Assembly: GCA_950097015.1 (NCBI GenBank)
Contig: CATNEN010000038.1
Coordinates: forward strand, 6,944,001-7,008,000
Source: Macrostomum hystrix
Lineage: Eukaryota; Animalia; Platyhelminthes
Length of the DNA stretch: 64,000 nt
Reading direction: 5' to 3'
Shown: positions 48,601 to 59,322 of the stretch, one piece after another
Numbering within the stretch: position 1 is the stretch's first letter
Layout of the letters: the number at the start of each line of letters is the position of its first letter
Notes under the pieces: generated by a model
What the model was told of the DNA's origin: nothing
The model's input: only the letters and a program-made list of their open reading frames with translations
Database searches by the model: none
Made by a program: the position numbers and the translations under genes

Positions 48601-49770
48601 ATCCACGCCGAGAACCTGATGCTTCGCGGCTGCAAGCTGAAGAACACGGAGAGCATCGTCGGGTTTGTGATCTACGCCGGCCAGGAGACAAAGGCGTCGC
48701 TGAACAACCAGGGCGCCAGGTTCAAGCGAAGCAAACTGGAGCAGCAGATTAATAAAAGCGTCATTTGGTGCATCCTGCTGTTATTCATCATGTGCATCAT
48801 AGGAGCTGTTGGTGAGCAGATAACAAGTCAAAGTACAAGTTCACAGCTTGTCGATTTCAGACGGAGATAAAAAACATGGCTAACTACGAGTAATTCACTC
48901 TCAACTGCAGCAAATGGAATCTGGACAGCCAGCTTCACCGACACTTCGGCGATCATGTTCTTGGCGCTGGTCAGCGGCAGCACAACATCATCGCCTGCCA
49001 TGCAAGCTTTCATCAACTTCTGGACTTACGTAATCATCTACCAGGTAACCAAATTGGTCTACTAACAGAAGAACCTGGGCTGCACATTCTGAAATGCGAG
49101 AAAAAAGACTATCAAAAAATGCTACCCTTATTGACACCTTCAAACCGTGAAACTCAGGCTATGATACCTTTGGGACTGTACCTGACCATCGAGTTTGTCA
49201 AGATGGGCCAGATCATGTACATTGAGAACGACATGGAACTGTACGATCCGGTGCGCAACACCATGGCAGAGTGCAAGGACTGGAACATCACGGAGGACCT
49301 CGGCCAAATCCAGTATGTGTTCTGCGACAAGACTGGCACCCTGACTGAGAACGAGATGGTTGTGAAGCGCTGCTCAATCAATGGTATCGACTATGCGGAA
49401 GGAAGTGAGTTCGTGTGAATTTAGCGGCTTATCGGTAACGTGCCCGGCTCTTGACAAAGCCACATTTATTTCGGGTTGCCTGGCGATAAGAAGTCAGGGC
49501 AGATCGCTTAAAGAATCACTTGCCTGGCGCTTAAAGAACTCTTTATCTTATCCACGCAGAAGTGACCATGGCTAACGGAAGCCAGACAGTCAGCAATGCC
49601 TCGAACGGTGGTGCCACAGCGACGACGCGCTCGGGTAGAACTCCGCGCGACGTTTCGCCGATCGCCTCGGCAACATCAAGACCCTCAAGGGCCAGCGCTT
49701 CCACAGCGCAGAAGATTCCAATGGAGCGCTTGCAGAGAAAGATTGGCCAAGTGTTTTCCGAAAAGCAACC

Positions 49771-49803
<33 letters not shown>

Positions 49804-52800
49804 CAGCCGTCTAATTGACTACTTTCTCGTCATGTCGCTGTGCAACTCCGTTTTGGTGTCGGTGCGAAAGGCTCAAGCCGCCGCGGCAGCTGCGGCAGCC
49901 ACCATAGCCGAGACCGAGCAAGTGTCGCCAATCCACAGAAATGCAGAATCTGAGGGAACAGCAGTCGGAATTCAGATGTCTGATCTGATTGCTGACGAGA
50001 ACGACGACAACGAGGCCGAGGAGGACAATCCGGAAACGACAGCAGCACTTCGCCGAGAGCGTCGCGAGGCTCGTCGAAGACAGCGCAGAGCAAACTTCAA
50101 CCTGACAGACTCGGAGCTTCAGGCGGCCTACATTTCAGACAGTCCAGACGAGGCCGCCCTGGTGTCAGCAGCCTGTCGACTCGGCGTCAAGCTGCTGCAG
50201 CGGAGCCCGCACAGGTGCGTGGTCTGGTTACCTGGCCGGGGTCCGGTGCGCGTTCGTCTGTTGCACACTCTTCCGTTTGACTCGGAGCGCAAGCGAATGT
50301 CCGTGGTGGTGCGCCACCCGCTGACCAAGGAATTGACACTGCTGACCAAGGGGGCCGACAGCGCCATTCTGAGTTTGCTCGAGTCGCCAAATTCGGATGG
50401 TAATTTCAAAGCAAGATTTGACACCGTGCGATATACCCTCGTATGAGCATATTAAATGGAAATGTGACTATAAATAGGCTTATTGTAAAAAAAACTCATG
50501 AAATCCAAAATCCCACTTTCCAATTAAATGGAATCACGCCTCAGACCCGGAGAGCGATGAGGAGCGTGTGCGCCTGAATACTCAGCTGCACCTGAAGAAC
50601 TATGCCACCCACGGCCTGCGAACTCTCTGCCTAGCCAGCAAGTCTCTGGGCGCCGAGGAGTACGCCGACTGGCTCGCCCAGCACCGTCGCGTCGACCAGT
50701 CGATGTCGGCTAACCGAGTCGCCTCTCTGAAGCGCTTGGCCTGCCTGCTTGAACGTGACCTGCGGCTGCTTGGCGTCACGGGCATCGAAGACCGGCTGCA
50801 GGATGGCGTGCAGGACACGGTGGCCAGCCTACGAGCTGCAGGCATCAGCGTCTGGGTTCTCACCGGGGACAAGCAGGTGAGGAGTCTTGTGTGTATGTGG
50901 TGCACGCGTGCGTCACGATCTTTTGTGCACACATGTCTCACACATCTCTTCCACGACAACTTACAGGAAACCGCGCTTCAGGTGTCTCTCGAAGCAAAGC
51001 TGCGCACTCCGCGCCAGACGCTGCTGTGCCTAAATGCAAGCTCTTCACGAGCAGAATGTCGAAAAAAGCTGCACAGCTTCCTGGAAAAATTGCGCCAGGA
51101 TCCAAGTAATGGACCAGACGCTGCGCATTCTGGCGCCACTGTTGTTCGTCCTGAGCTGGCTCTAGTAGTTGATGGGGACACTTTGAAGCACTGTCTAGCC
51201 AAGCCGAAGCCAGGGGACGCCGCGAGGGGCAATTGTTGTGGCAGTGAGTGGAGCTGAATACAAAGCATCATATCTATAAGCCCAATTTGATGAATTTTGC
51301 ATGAATTTCGAAAGAAATCAAATACTCAAAACTAAAAAGTTTCGTCATTGAATTGTAAATGAAAAAATTGCCCGAAACGCAGGCGAAACTCACGAAAGTG
51401 GCGCCGTAACTGAACGAAGCAGTCGCGGCGCGGAACTCGATGAAGACGTCACGGTGGACGCAGAGGACGACGATCTTCGCTCTGACTTTCTCCGCCTAGC
51501 CGAGCAGTGCGCCTCCGTGATCTGCTGTCGCGCCGCACCGCGCCAGAAGGCCGCCGTCGTGGAGCTGGTAAAAAGCAAAGGCGCCCGCATCTTAGCCATT
51601 GGAGACGGCGCCAACGATGTGAACATGATCCAGACAGCGGACGTAGGTGTAGGCATCTCCGGTCAGGAGGGCATGCAGGCGGTGATGGCGGCGGACTTTG
51701 CGTTGGCGAGATTTCGTTTTCTCAAACGCCTGTTGCTGGTTCACGGGCACTGGTGCTACGATAGACTCGCCCGTTTGGGTGAGCTGACTAAAATGAGCTA
51801 TGCCAATGAATTACAAATCTGAGTTATGCGGTCGCATAGCTTATGAATATTTAGCAGCCTTCAATTCAATGTGATTAATACACCGTACCCCGAATCGGAA
51901 ATTTACAGCCCTCCTTCTGTTCTACAAGAATGCGCTCTACTGCTTTCTGCTGTTCTGGTACCAGGTGTTCAATGGGTTCAGTGGCCAGGTGAATATCGGC
52001 CAACTCTACCAGCTGTTTTTCAACTTAGTAATGACATCGCTTCCGCCACTGGTGATGGGAATTCTAGACAAAAACATCCGCGCCGACATCTTGATGGCGA
52101 ATCCGATTCTGTACACTGACTCCATGAACTCGCGCAGCTTTCTGCCCAGCCACTTCTGGTACAACATCTCCGATGCGGTTTGGCAGTCGCTTGTCATCTT
52201 CATGGTGCCTTACTTTGCCATCGCTGACTCTGACTGGGATGTGTTCAGCTTCGGCGACATTGTGACCGGCGCCGCTGTAATCACATCGGTGCTGCACAAT
52301 GCAATTGAAGTCAAGGGCTGGATGATGCTGCACTGGTTCGCCTTTGTTGGTATATATAATAGAAACCCTAATACATAGAAATTAAGCAATGCACAGATCA
52401 TTCTACCGACACACTGTTCACTCTACAGACACACTGCTCACTCTAAAGACTCACTCTTTACTCTAAGGACACACTGCTCACTCTAAGGACACACTGCTCA
52501 CTCTAAGGACACACTGCTCACTCTAAGGACACACTGCTCACTCTAAGGACACACTGCTCACTCTAAAGACACACTGCTCACTCTAAGGACACACTGCTCA
52601 CTCTAAAGACACACTGCTCACTCTAAGGACACACTGCTCACTCTAAAGACACACTGTTCACTCTACAGACACACTGCTCACTCTACAGACACACTGTTCA
52701 CTCTACAGACACACTGCTCACTCTACAGACACACTGTTCACTCTAAAGACACACTGTTCACTCTAAAGACACACTGCTCACTCTACAGACACACTGTTCA

Positions 52801-55167
52801 CTCTAAAGACACACTGTTCACTCTAAAGACACACTGTTCACTCTAAAGACACACTGCTCACTCTACAGACACACTGTTCACTCTAAAGACACACTGCTCA
52901 CTCTACAGACACGCTGTTCACTCTAAAGACACACTGTTCACTCTAAAGACACACTGTTCATTAAATTTGTCTGTCTACTCAAACAATTTTGCTCCCTAGG
53001 TAGCCCAATAGTTGGCTGGCTGCTCATCGCCATGTGCATGAGCGCAATTTGCACAACCTGTCTGCACCCTGAGGACCCCTACTACCAGATCATCCGGAAT
53101 CTGAGCAATCCTCTGTTCTGGTTGGCTCAGGCAGTTGTTGTACCCTTGGCGCTGGCACCGCGTGTGATTTACAGGGCGTTTTCCAACACACTGAGTAGCA
53201 GCCTCACCGTGCAGGCCATGCGGTTGCAGACGGAAGAGAAGTAAATTTGACTTTCTTTAAAATGAGATTTTTTTAAAGATTAGTAGATTTTTTGGATACA
53301 GGAATATTACACATTCGAGATAGTAGGTTAACAGGTACAGATGATTTGAGGGATTAGTAGGATTACAGGTGTAGTAGATTTGAGGGATTAGTAGGTTTAC
53401 AGGTGTAGTAGATTTGAGGGATTAGTAGGATTACAGGTGTAGTAGATTTGAGGGATTAGTAGGATTACAGGTGTAGTAGATTTGAGGGATTAGTAGGATT
53501 ACAGGTGTAGTAGATTTGAGGGATTAGTAGGATTACAGGTGTAGTAGATTTGAGGGATTAGTAGGATTACAGGTGTAGTAGATTTGAGGGATTAGTAGGA
53601 TTACAGGTGTAGTAGATTTGAGGGATTAGTAGGATTACAGGTGTAGTAGATTTGAGGGATTAGTAGGATTACAGGTGTAGTAGATTTGAGGGATTAGTAG
53701 GTTTACAGGTGTAGTAGATTTGAGGGATTAGTAGGATTACAGGTGTAGTAGATTTGAGGGATAAGTAGGATTACAGGTGTAGTAGATTTGAGGGATTAGT
53801 AGGATTACAGGTGTAGTAGATTTGAGGGATAAGTAGGTTACAGGTGTAGTAGATTTGAGGGATAAGTAGGTTTACAGGTGTAGTAGATTTGAGGGATTAG
53901 TAGGATTACAGGTGTAGTAGATTTGAGGATTAGTAGGATTACAGGTGTAGTAGATTTGAGGGATAAGTAGGTTACAGGTGTAGTAGATTTGAGGGATAAG
54001 TAGGTTACAGGTGTAGTAGATTTGAGGGATAAGTAGGTTTACAGGTGTAGAAGATTTGAGGGATTAGTAGGATTACAGGTGTAGTAGATTTGAGGGATTA
54101 GTAGGATTACAGGTGTAGTAGATTTGAGGGATTAGTAGGATTACAGGTGTAGTAGATTTGAGGATTAGTAGGATTACAGGTGTAGTAGATTTGAGGGATA
54201 AGTAGGTTACAGGTGTAGTAGATTTGAGGGATAAGTAGGTTACAGGTGTAGTAGATTTGAGGGATAAGTAGGTTTACAGGTGTAGTAGATTTGAGGATTA
54301 GTAGGATTACAGGTGTAGTAGATTTGAGGGATTAGTAGGATTACAGGTACAGATGATTTGAGGGATTAGTAGGATTACAGGTGTAGTAGATTTGAGGGAT
54401 TAGTAGGATTACAGGTGTAGTAGATTTGAGGGATAAGTAGGTTTACAGGTGTAGTAGATTTGAGGGATTAGTAGGATTACAGGTGTAGTAGATTTGAGGG
54501 ATAAGTAGGTTACAGGTGTAGTAGATTTGAGGGATTAGTAGGATTACAGGTGTAGTAGATTTGAGGGATTAGTAGGATTACAGGTGTAGTAGATTTGAGG
54601 GATAAGTAGGTTACAGGTGTAGCAGATTTGAGGGATTAGTAGGATTACAGCGGTAGTTAATTAGAAGGATTAGTAGGTTTACAGGTATAGTTAATTAGAA
54701 GGATTAGTAGGTTTACAGGTATAGTTAATTAAAAGGATTAGTAGGTTTACAGGTATAGTTAATTAGAAGGATTAGTAGTTTTACAGGTATAGTAAGGATT
54801 AGTAGAATTTTCTAGCATGCTAATTGAGGACAAGTTCCCCACCAGGTACTGGCACATCTCCGACCTGTCCATGGCGCTGCGTCTGCCTAAGGGGGTCTTC
54901 GGCATCGGCCAGATCGACCTGAACCGGTCCGTACGAATGCGCAGCACCCCCCTGCTGCCCAGGACAAACATCGCCCTTGACTCCTCTGACCAAGATTCGC
55001 AAACAGGCGACAGTCAGAATCAGCAGCAGCAGCAGCAGAAGCAGCAGAGACTGTCGTCCGGTCAACAGCCAACGGGGCAGCAGGCGACAAGACTCAAACA
55101 ACATCGGAGAAGTAGAAGCGAGGTGAACGAAATGACCAATGTGACAGCTTCGGCACTGATTGTTTGA
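45694..55167 (+). CDS. ATP10: P4-ATPase phospholipid flippase, ATP10 class (about 1398 aa); exons 45694-46305, 48032-48111, 48567-48811, 48911-49044, 49158-49404, 49560-50399, 50545-50876, 50967-51243, 51383-51778, 51909-52349, 53000-53240, 54816-55167
   Basis: [125 protein letters not shown]; all junctions GT-AG and in phase (4197 nt). Confidence 0.94.
46360..47202. repeat. Intronic minisatellite, 18-bp unit (ATP10 intron 1)
   Basis: Unit CTGTTAGACTCTCAGAAC. Confidence 0.97.
48140..48530. repeat. Intronic minisatellite, about 33-bp unit (ATP10 intron 2)
   Basis: Unit CTCAGTGTACATTCAGCCGATTCCACTCCACTC and variants. Confidence 0.93.
52408..52960. repeat. Intronic minisatellite, 20-bp unit (ATP10 intron 10)
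   Basis: Unit ACACTGCTCACTCTAAGGAC. Confidence 0.97.
53320..54805. repeat. Intronic minisatellite, 34-bp unit (ATP10 intron 11)
   Basis: Unit GATTACAGGTGTAGTAGATTTGAGGGATTAGTAG; runs up to the acceptor at 54815. Confidence 0.97.
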
Positions 55168-55305
55168 GAACCTTTTTACTCCCTTTTTATCTCCCACTGC
55201 CCGATACTTTCGAGTCCGGGACTCAAAACTTTAAAAGTACATGTGCCATGACAGGTACCAAAGGAACGGCTTGATAGCAAACCCAAACACCTGTGCTTCC
55301 TTCAA

Positions 55306-55957
55306 ATCAAACAAAACACCTGCTACTCCTATCAAACAAAACACCTGCTACTCCTATCAAACAAAACACCTGCTACTCCTATCAAACAAAACACCTGGTA
55401 CTCTTATCAAACAAAACACCTGGTACTCTTATCAAACAAAACACCTGGTACTCTTATCAAACAAAACACCTGCTACTCTTATCAAACAAAACACCTGGTA
55501 CTCTTATCAAACAAAACACCTGGTACTCTTATCAAACAAAACACCTGGTGCTCTTGTCAAACAAAACACCTGGTACTCTTATCAAACAAAACACCTGGTA
55601 CTCCTATCAAACAAAACACCTGGTACTCTTATCAAACAAAACACCTGGTATTCTTATTAAATAAAACACCTGCTACTCCTATCAAACAAAACACGTGGTA
55701 TTCTTATTAAATAAAACACCTGGTGCTCTTATCTAACGAAACACCTGGTACTCCTATCAAACAAAACACGTGGTACTATTATCAAACAAAACACGTGGTA
55801 CTCTTATCAAACAAAACACGTGGTACTCTTATCAAACAAAGCACCTGGTATTCTTATTAAATAAAACACCTGGTACTCTTATCAAACAAAACAGCTGCTA
55901 CTCCTATCAAACAAAACACGTGGTACTATTATCAAACAAAACACCTGGTACTTCTTA
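55306..55957. repeat. Minisatellite, 25-bp unit, about 26 copies
   Basis: Unit ATCAAACAAAACACCTGGTACTCTT, about 140 nt past the ATP10 stop. Confidence 0.96.
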
Positions 55958-56786
55958 TGAAAGCGAAATAAAAAAGCAAACCTTGAATTATCTATTTCCT
56001 GGCTTTCAATCATAGACCCCAGACTGAAATGTGAGAATGTTAAAACACTATTGTGATCTAATAGTTAGCTTACATATTGTTGCTTGTCAAGCATGTTTAC
56101 CAATGCTGGATGCTTCACCAATATCAAGCAATTGCAATTTTTATCGTGCCACCATTCCGTGTTGCTATCCAAGACTGTTATGCTTCCAATATTTTTCTGT
56201 TTTTTACTATTTTGTAATAACACAATTTTTCGTTTGTTAAAGCCAATTCTTTAATTGCTGCTGATTATTAATTAAAATTGCTGAGCTGATAAAAAAATGT
56301 TTCACTTTTCCTACGAAAGATGACAGCGCCAGCTTACGCGCGTAGAATTTGCATGAACCCACTGCAGCAGCGTTTTGATATTATATATTAGTGGCAAATA
56401 CAAGTATACATTAATTATGAGGATAATTGTTTGCGAATGTCATGATGCCATAGAAATATGTCTGACCTTGTTTTCATTTTGTGTTTTGGGCACTGAAAGC
56501 AGTTGTCAGTTGAAACATTCCAATCCAGCCAATCACAGCCTGGTTGGCTGAGATCACGTGATCGTGTCACTTAGCAACGCAATTCAAGGACGACTGCGTA
56601 CAGCTGTGGCTAAAAATATAAACTCACTCACTTTGAAATTCACCATGTGATGTCTACACACTATACAATGTGCATTGGGTAGAAAGGACAAAAATTCACA
56701 TAAATTATGTCATATGGTTTCGGTTGAACTTTCGTCTAGTTAAGAGCTGCAACTGAGAGTGACTACTTGCAGTAGTCAGAAACTCA

Positions 56787-58720
56787 TTCCCTGAGTTTCT
56801 TGATTTCCGTGAGTTTCTTGAGTTCCCTGAGTTTCTTGATTTCCCTGAGTTTCTTGATTTCCCTGAGTTTCTTGAGTTCCCTGAGTTTCTTGATTTCCGT
56901 GAGTTTCTTGATTTCCCTGCGTTTCTTGAGTTCCCTGAGTTTCTTGATTTCCCTGAGTTTCTTGAGTTCCCTGAGTTTCTTGATTTCCCTGAGTTTCTTG
57001 AGTTCCCTGAGTTTCTTGAGTTTCCTGAGTTTCTTGATTTCCCTGAGTTTCTTGAGTTTCCTGAGTTTCTTGATTTCCCTGAGTTTCTTGAGTTTCCTGA
57101 GTTTCTTGAGTTCCCTGAGTTTCTTGAGTTCCCTGAGTTTCTTGAGTTCCCTGAGTTTCTTGAGTTCCCTGAGTTTCTTGAGTTCCCTGAGTTTCTTGAG
57201 TTCCCTGAGTTTCTTGATTTCCCTGAGTTTCTTGATTTCCCTGAGTTTCTTGAGTTTCCTGAGTTTCTTGATTTCCCTGAGTTTCTTGAGTTCCCTGAGT
57301 TTCTTGATTTCCCTGAGTTTCTTGAGTTCCCTGAGTTTCTTGAGTTCCCTGAGTTTCTTGAGTTTCCTGAGTTTCTTGAGTTCCCTGAGTTTCTTGAGTT
57401 TACTGAGTTTCTTGATTTCCCTGAGTTTCTTGAGTTTCCTGAGTTTCTTGATTTCCCTGAGTTTCTTGAGTTCCCTGAGTTTCTTGATTTCCCTGAGTTT
57501 CTTGATTTCCCTGAGTTTCTTGAGTTTCCTGAGTTTCTTGATTTCCCTGAGTTTCTTGAGTTCCCTGAGTTTCTTGATTTCCCTGAGTTTCTTGAGTTCC
57601 CTGAGTTTCTTGAGTTCCCTGAGTTTCTTGAGTTTCCTGAGTTTCTTGAGTTCCCTGAGTTTCTTGAGTTTACTGAGTTTCTTGATTTCCCTGAGTTTCT
57701 TGAGTTTCCTGAGTTTCTTGATTTCCCTGAGTTTCTTGAGTTCCCTGAGTTTCTTGATTTCCCTGAGTTTCTTGAGTTTCCTGAGTTTCTTAAGTTCCCT
57801 GAGTTTCTTGAGTTTCCTGAGTTTCTTGAGTTCCCTGAGTTTCTTGAGTTCCCTGAGTTTCTTGATTTCCCTGAGTTTCTTGAGTTCCCTGAGTTTCTTG
57901 AGTTCCCTGAGTTTCTTGAGTTCCCTGAGTTTCTTGAGTTCCCTGAGTTTCTTGAGTTCCCTGAGTTTCTTGATTTCCCTGAGTTTCTTGAGTTTCCTGA
58001 GTTTCTTGAGTTCCCTGAGTTTCTTGAGTTCCCTGAGTTTCTTGATTTCCCTGAGTTTCTTGAGTTCCCTGAGTTTCTTGATTTCCCTGAGTTTCTTGAG
58101 TTCCCTGAGTTTCTTGAGTTCCCTGAGTTTCTTGAGTTCCCTGAGTTTCTTGATTTCCCTGAGTTTCTTGAGTTCCCTGAGTTTCTTGATTTCCCTGAGT
58201 TTCTTGAGTTTCCTGAGTTTCTTGAGTTCCCTGAGTTTCTTGAGTTCCCTGAGTTTCTTGATTTCCCTGAGTTTCTTGATTTCCCTGAGTTTCTTGAGTT
58301 CCCTGAGTTTCTTGAGTTCCCTGAGTTTCTTGAGTTTCCTGAGTTTCTTGAGTTCCCTGAGTTTCTTGAGTTCCCTGAGTTTCTTGATTTCCCTGAGTTT
58401 CTTGATTTCCCTGAGTTTCTTGAGTTCCCTGAGTTTCTTGAGTTCCCTGAGTTTCTTGAGTTCCCTGAGTTTCTTGATTTCCCTGAGTTTCTTGAGTTTC
58501 CTGAGTTTCTTGAGTTCCCTGAGTTTCTTGAGTTCCCTGAGTTTCTTGATTTCCCTGAGTTTCTTGATTTCCCTGAGTTTCTTGAGTTCCCTGAGTTTCT
58601 TGAGTTTCCTGAGTTTCTTGAGTTCCCTGAGTTTCTTGAGTTCCCTGAGTTTCTTGAGTTCCCTGAGTTTCTTGAGTTCCCTGAGTTTCTTGATTTCCCT
58701 GAGTTTTTCTGAGTTCCCTG
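56787..58720. repeat. Satellite-like array, 9/18-bp unit, about 1.9 kb
   Basis: CCCTGAGTTTCTTGAGTT / CCCTGAGTTTCTTGATTT. Confidence 0.98.
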
Positions 58721-59322
58721 ACCTTGCCTATGCTGCTTGACTTACCTGAAATTCACGAGGTCCCTGGGGTCCTTGAGGTAGGCCACATAAAATTTTCGCG
58801 CAGCAACTATTAACTGGCTTGTCGCTAGTCGGCTGTCGTCAGATTAGATAAGCGAGTGCTTATACCAGGCAAAATGTTACGCTTATCATCAATCAAAATG
58901 AGAATGACACTAACCCTGTTAGCCGCTGAATTTTCAGCCTTAGAAAACAATTTTATTCAATTCAGTTGCACTCGGCACACAAATAAAAGCAAAATTATTG
59001 ATCGAATTTCCTAGTTGAATAGAAATTGTTAATTGTGTAGACAAAACTGTTCGCGTGTTACAATAGTGCTTACTAACGACGCCATTGTGACTGAAGCCTG
59101 TACTGACTTCCTGATTTGTCATAACAGAGAAACAGCTGAACTAGCGATCAAATAATTTGACAATCAGTTACTGGGAACGCATTGTTCTGTACAAAAATGT
59201 TTCTGGGATTACAAGTAGAAATTGAAAAAAAACTGTTAAAAACCTTAGCATTGCCTGTACAGACAGATTTGAGAACTCGGACTCAAAGATGAGTTACAGA
59301 GTTGTGGAGCAAGCTGGCTTTC

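Noticed and set aside
50877-50966. In-frame 30-aa insertion in ATP10
   Set aside because: Canonical GT-AG intron splitting the conserved TGDKQ|ETA motif; being stop-free is probably chance.
56524-56578. CCAAT, E-box palindrome and X-box-like motif as a promoter
   Set aside because: Lies between convergent 3' ends with no identifiable downstream gene.
56800-58740. 646-aa SLSFL-repeat ORF
   Set aside because: Stop-free frame of a 9/18-bp satellite, TTG start, no domain.
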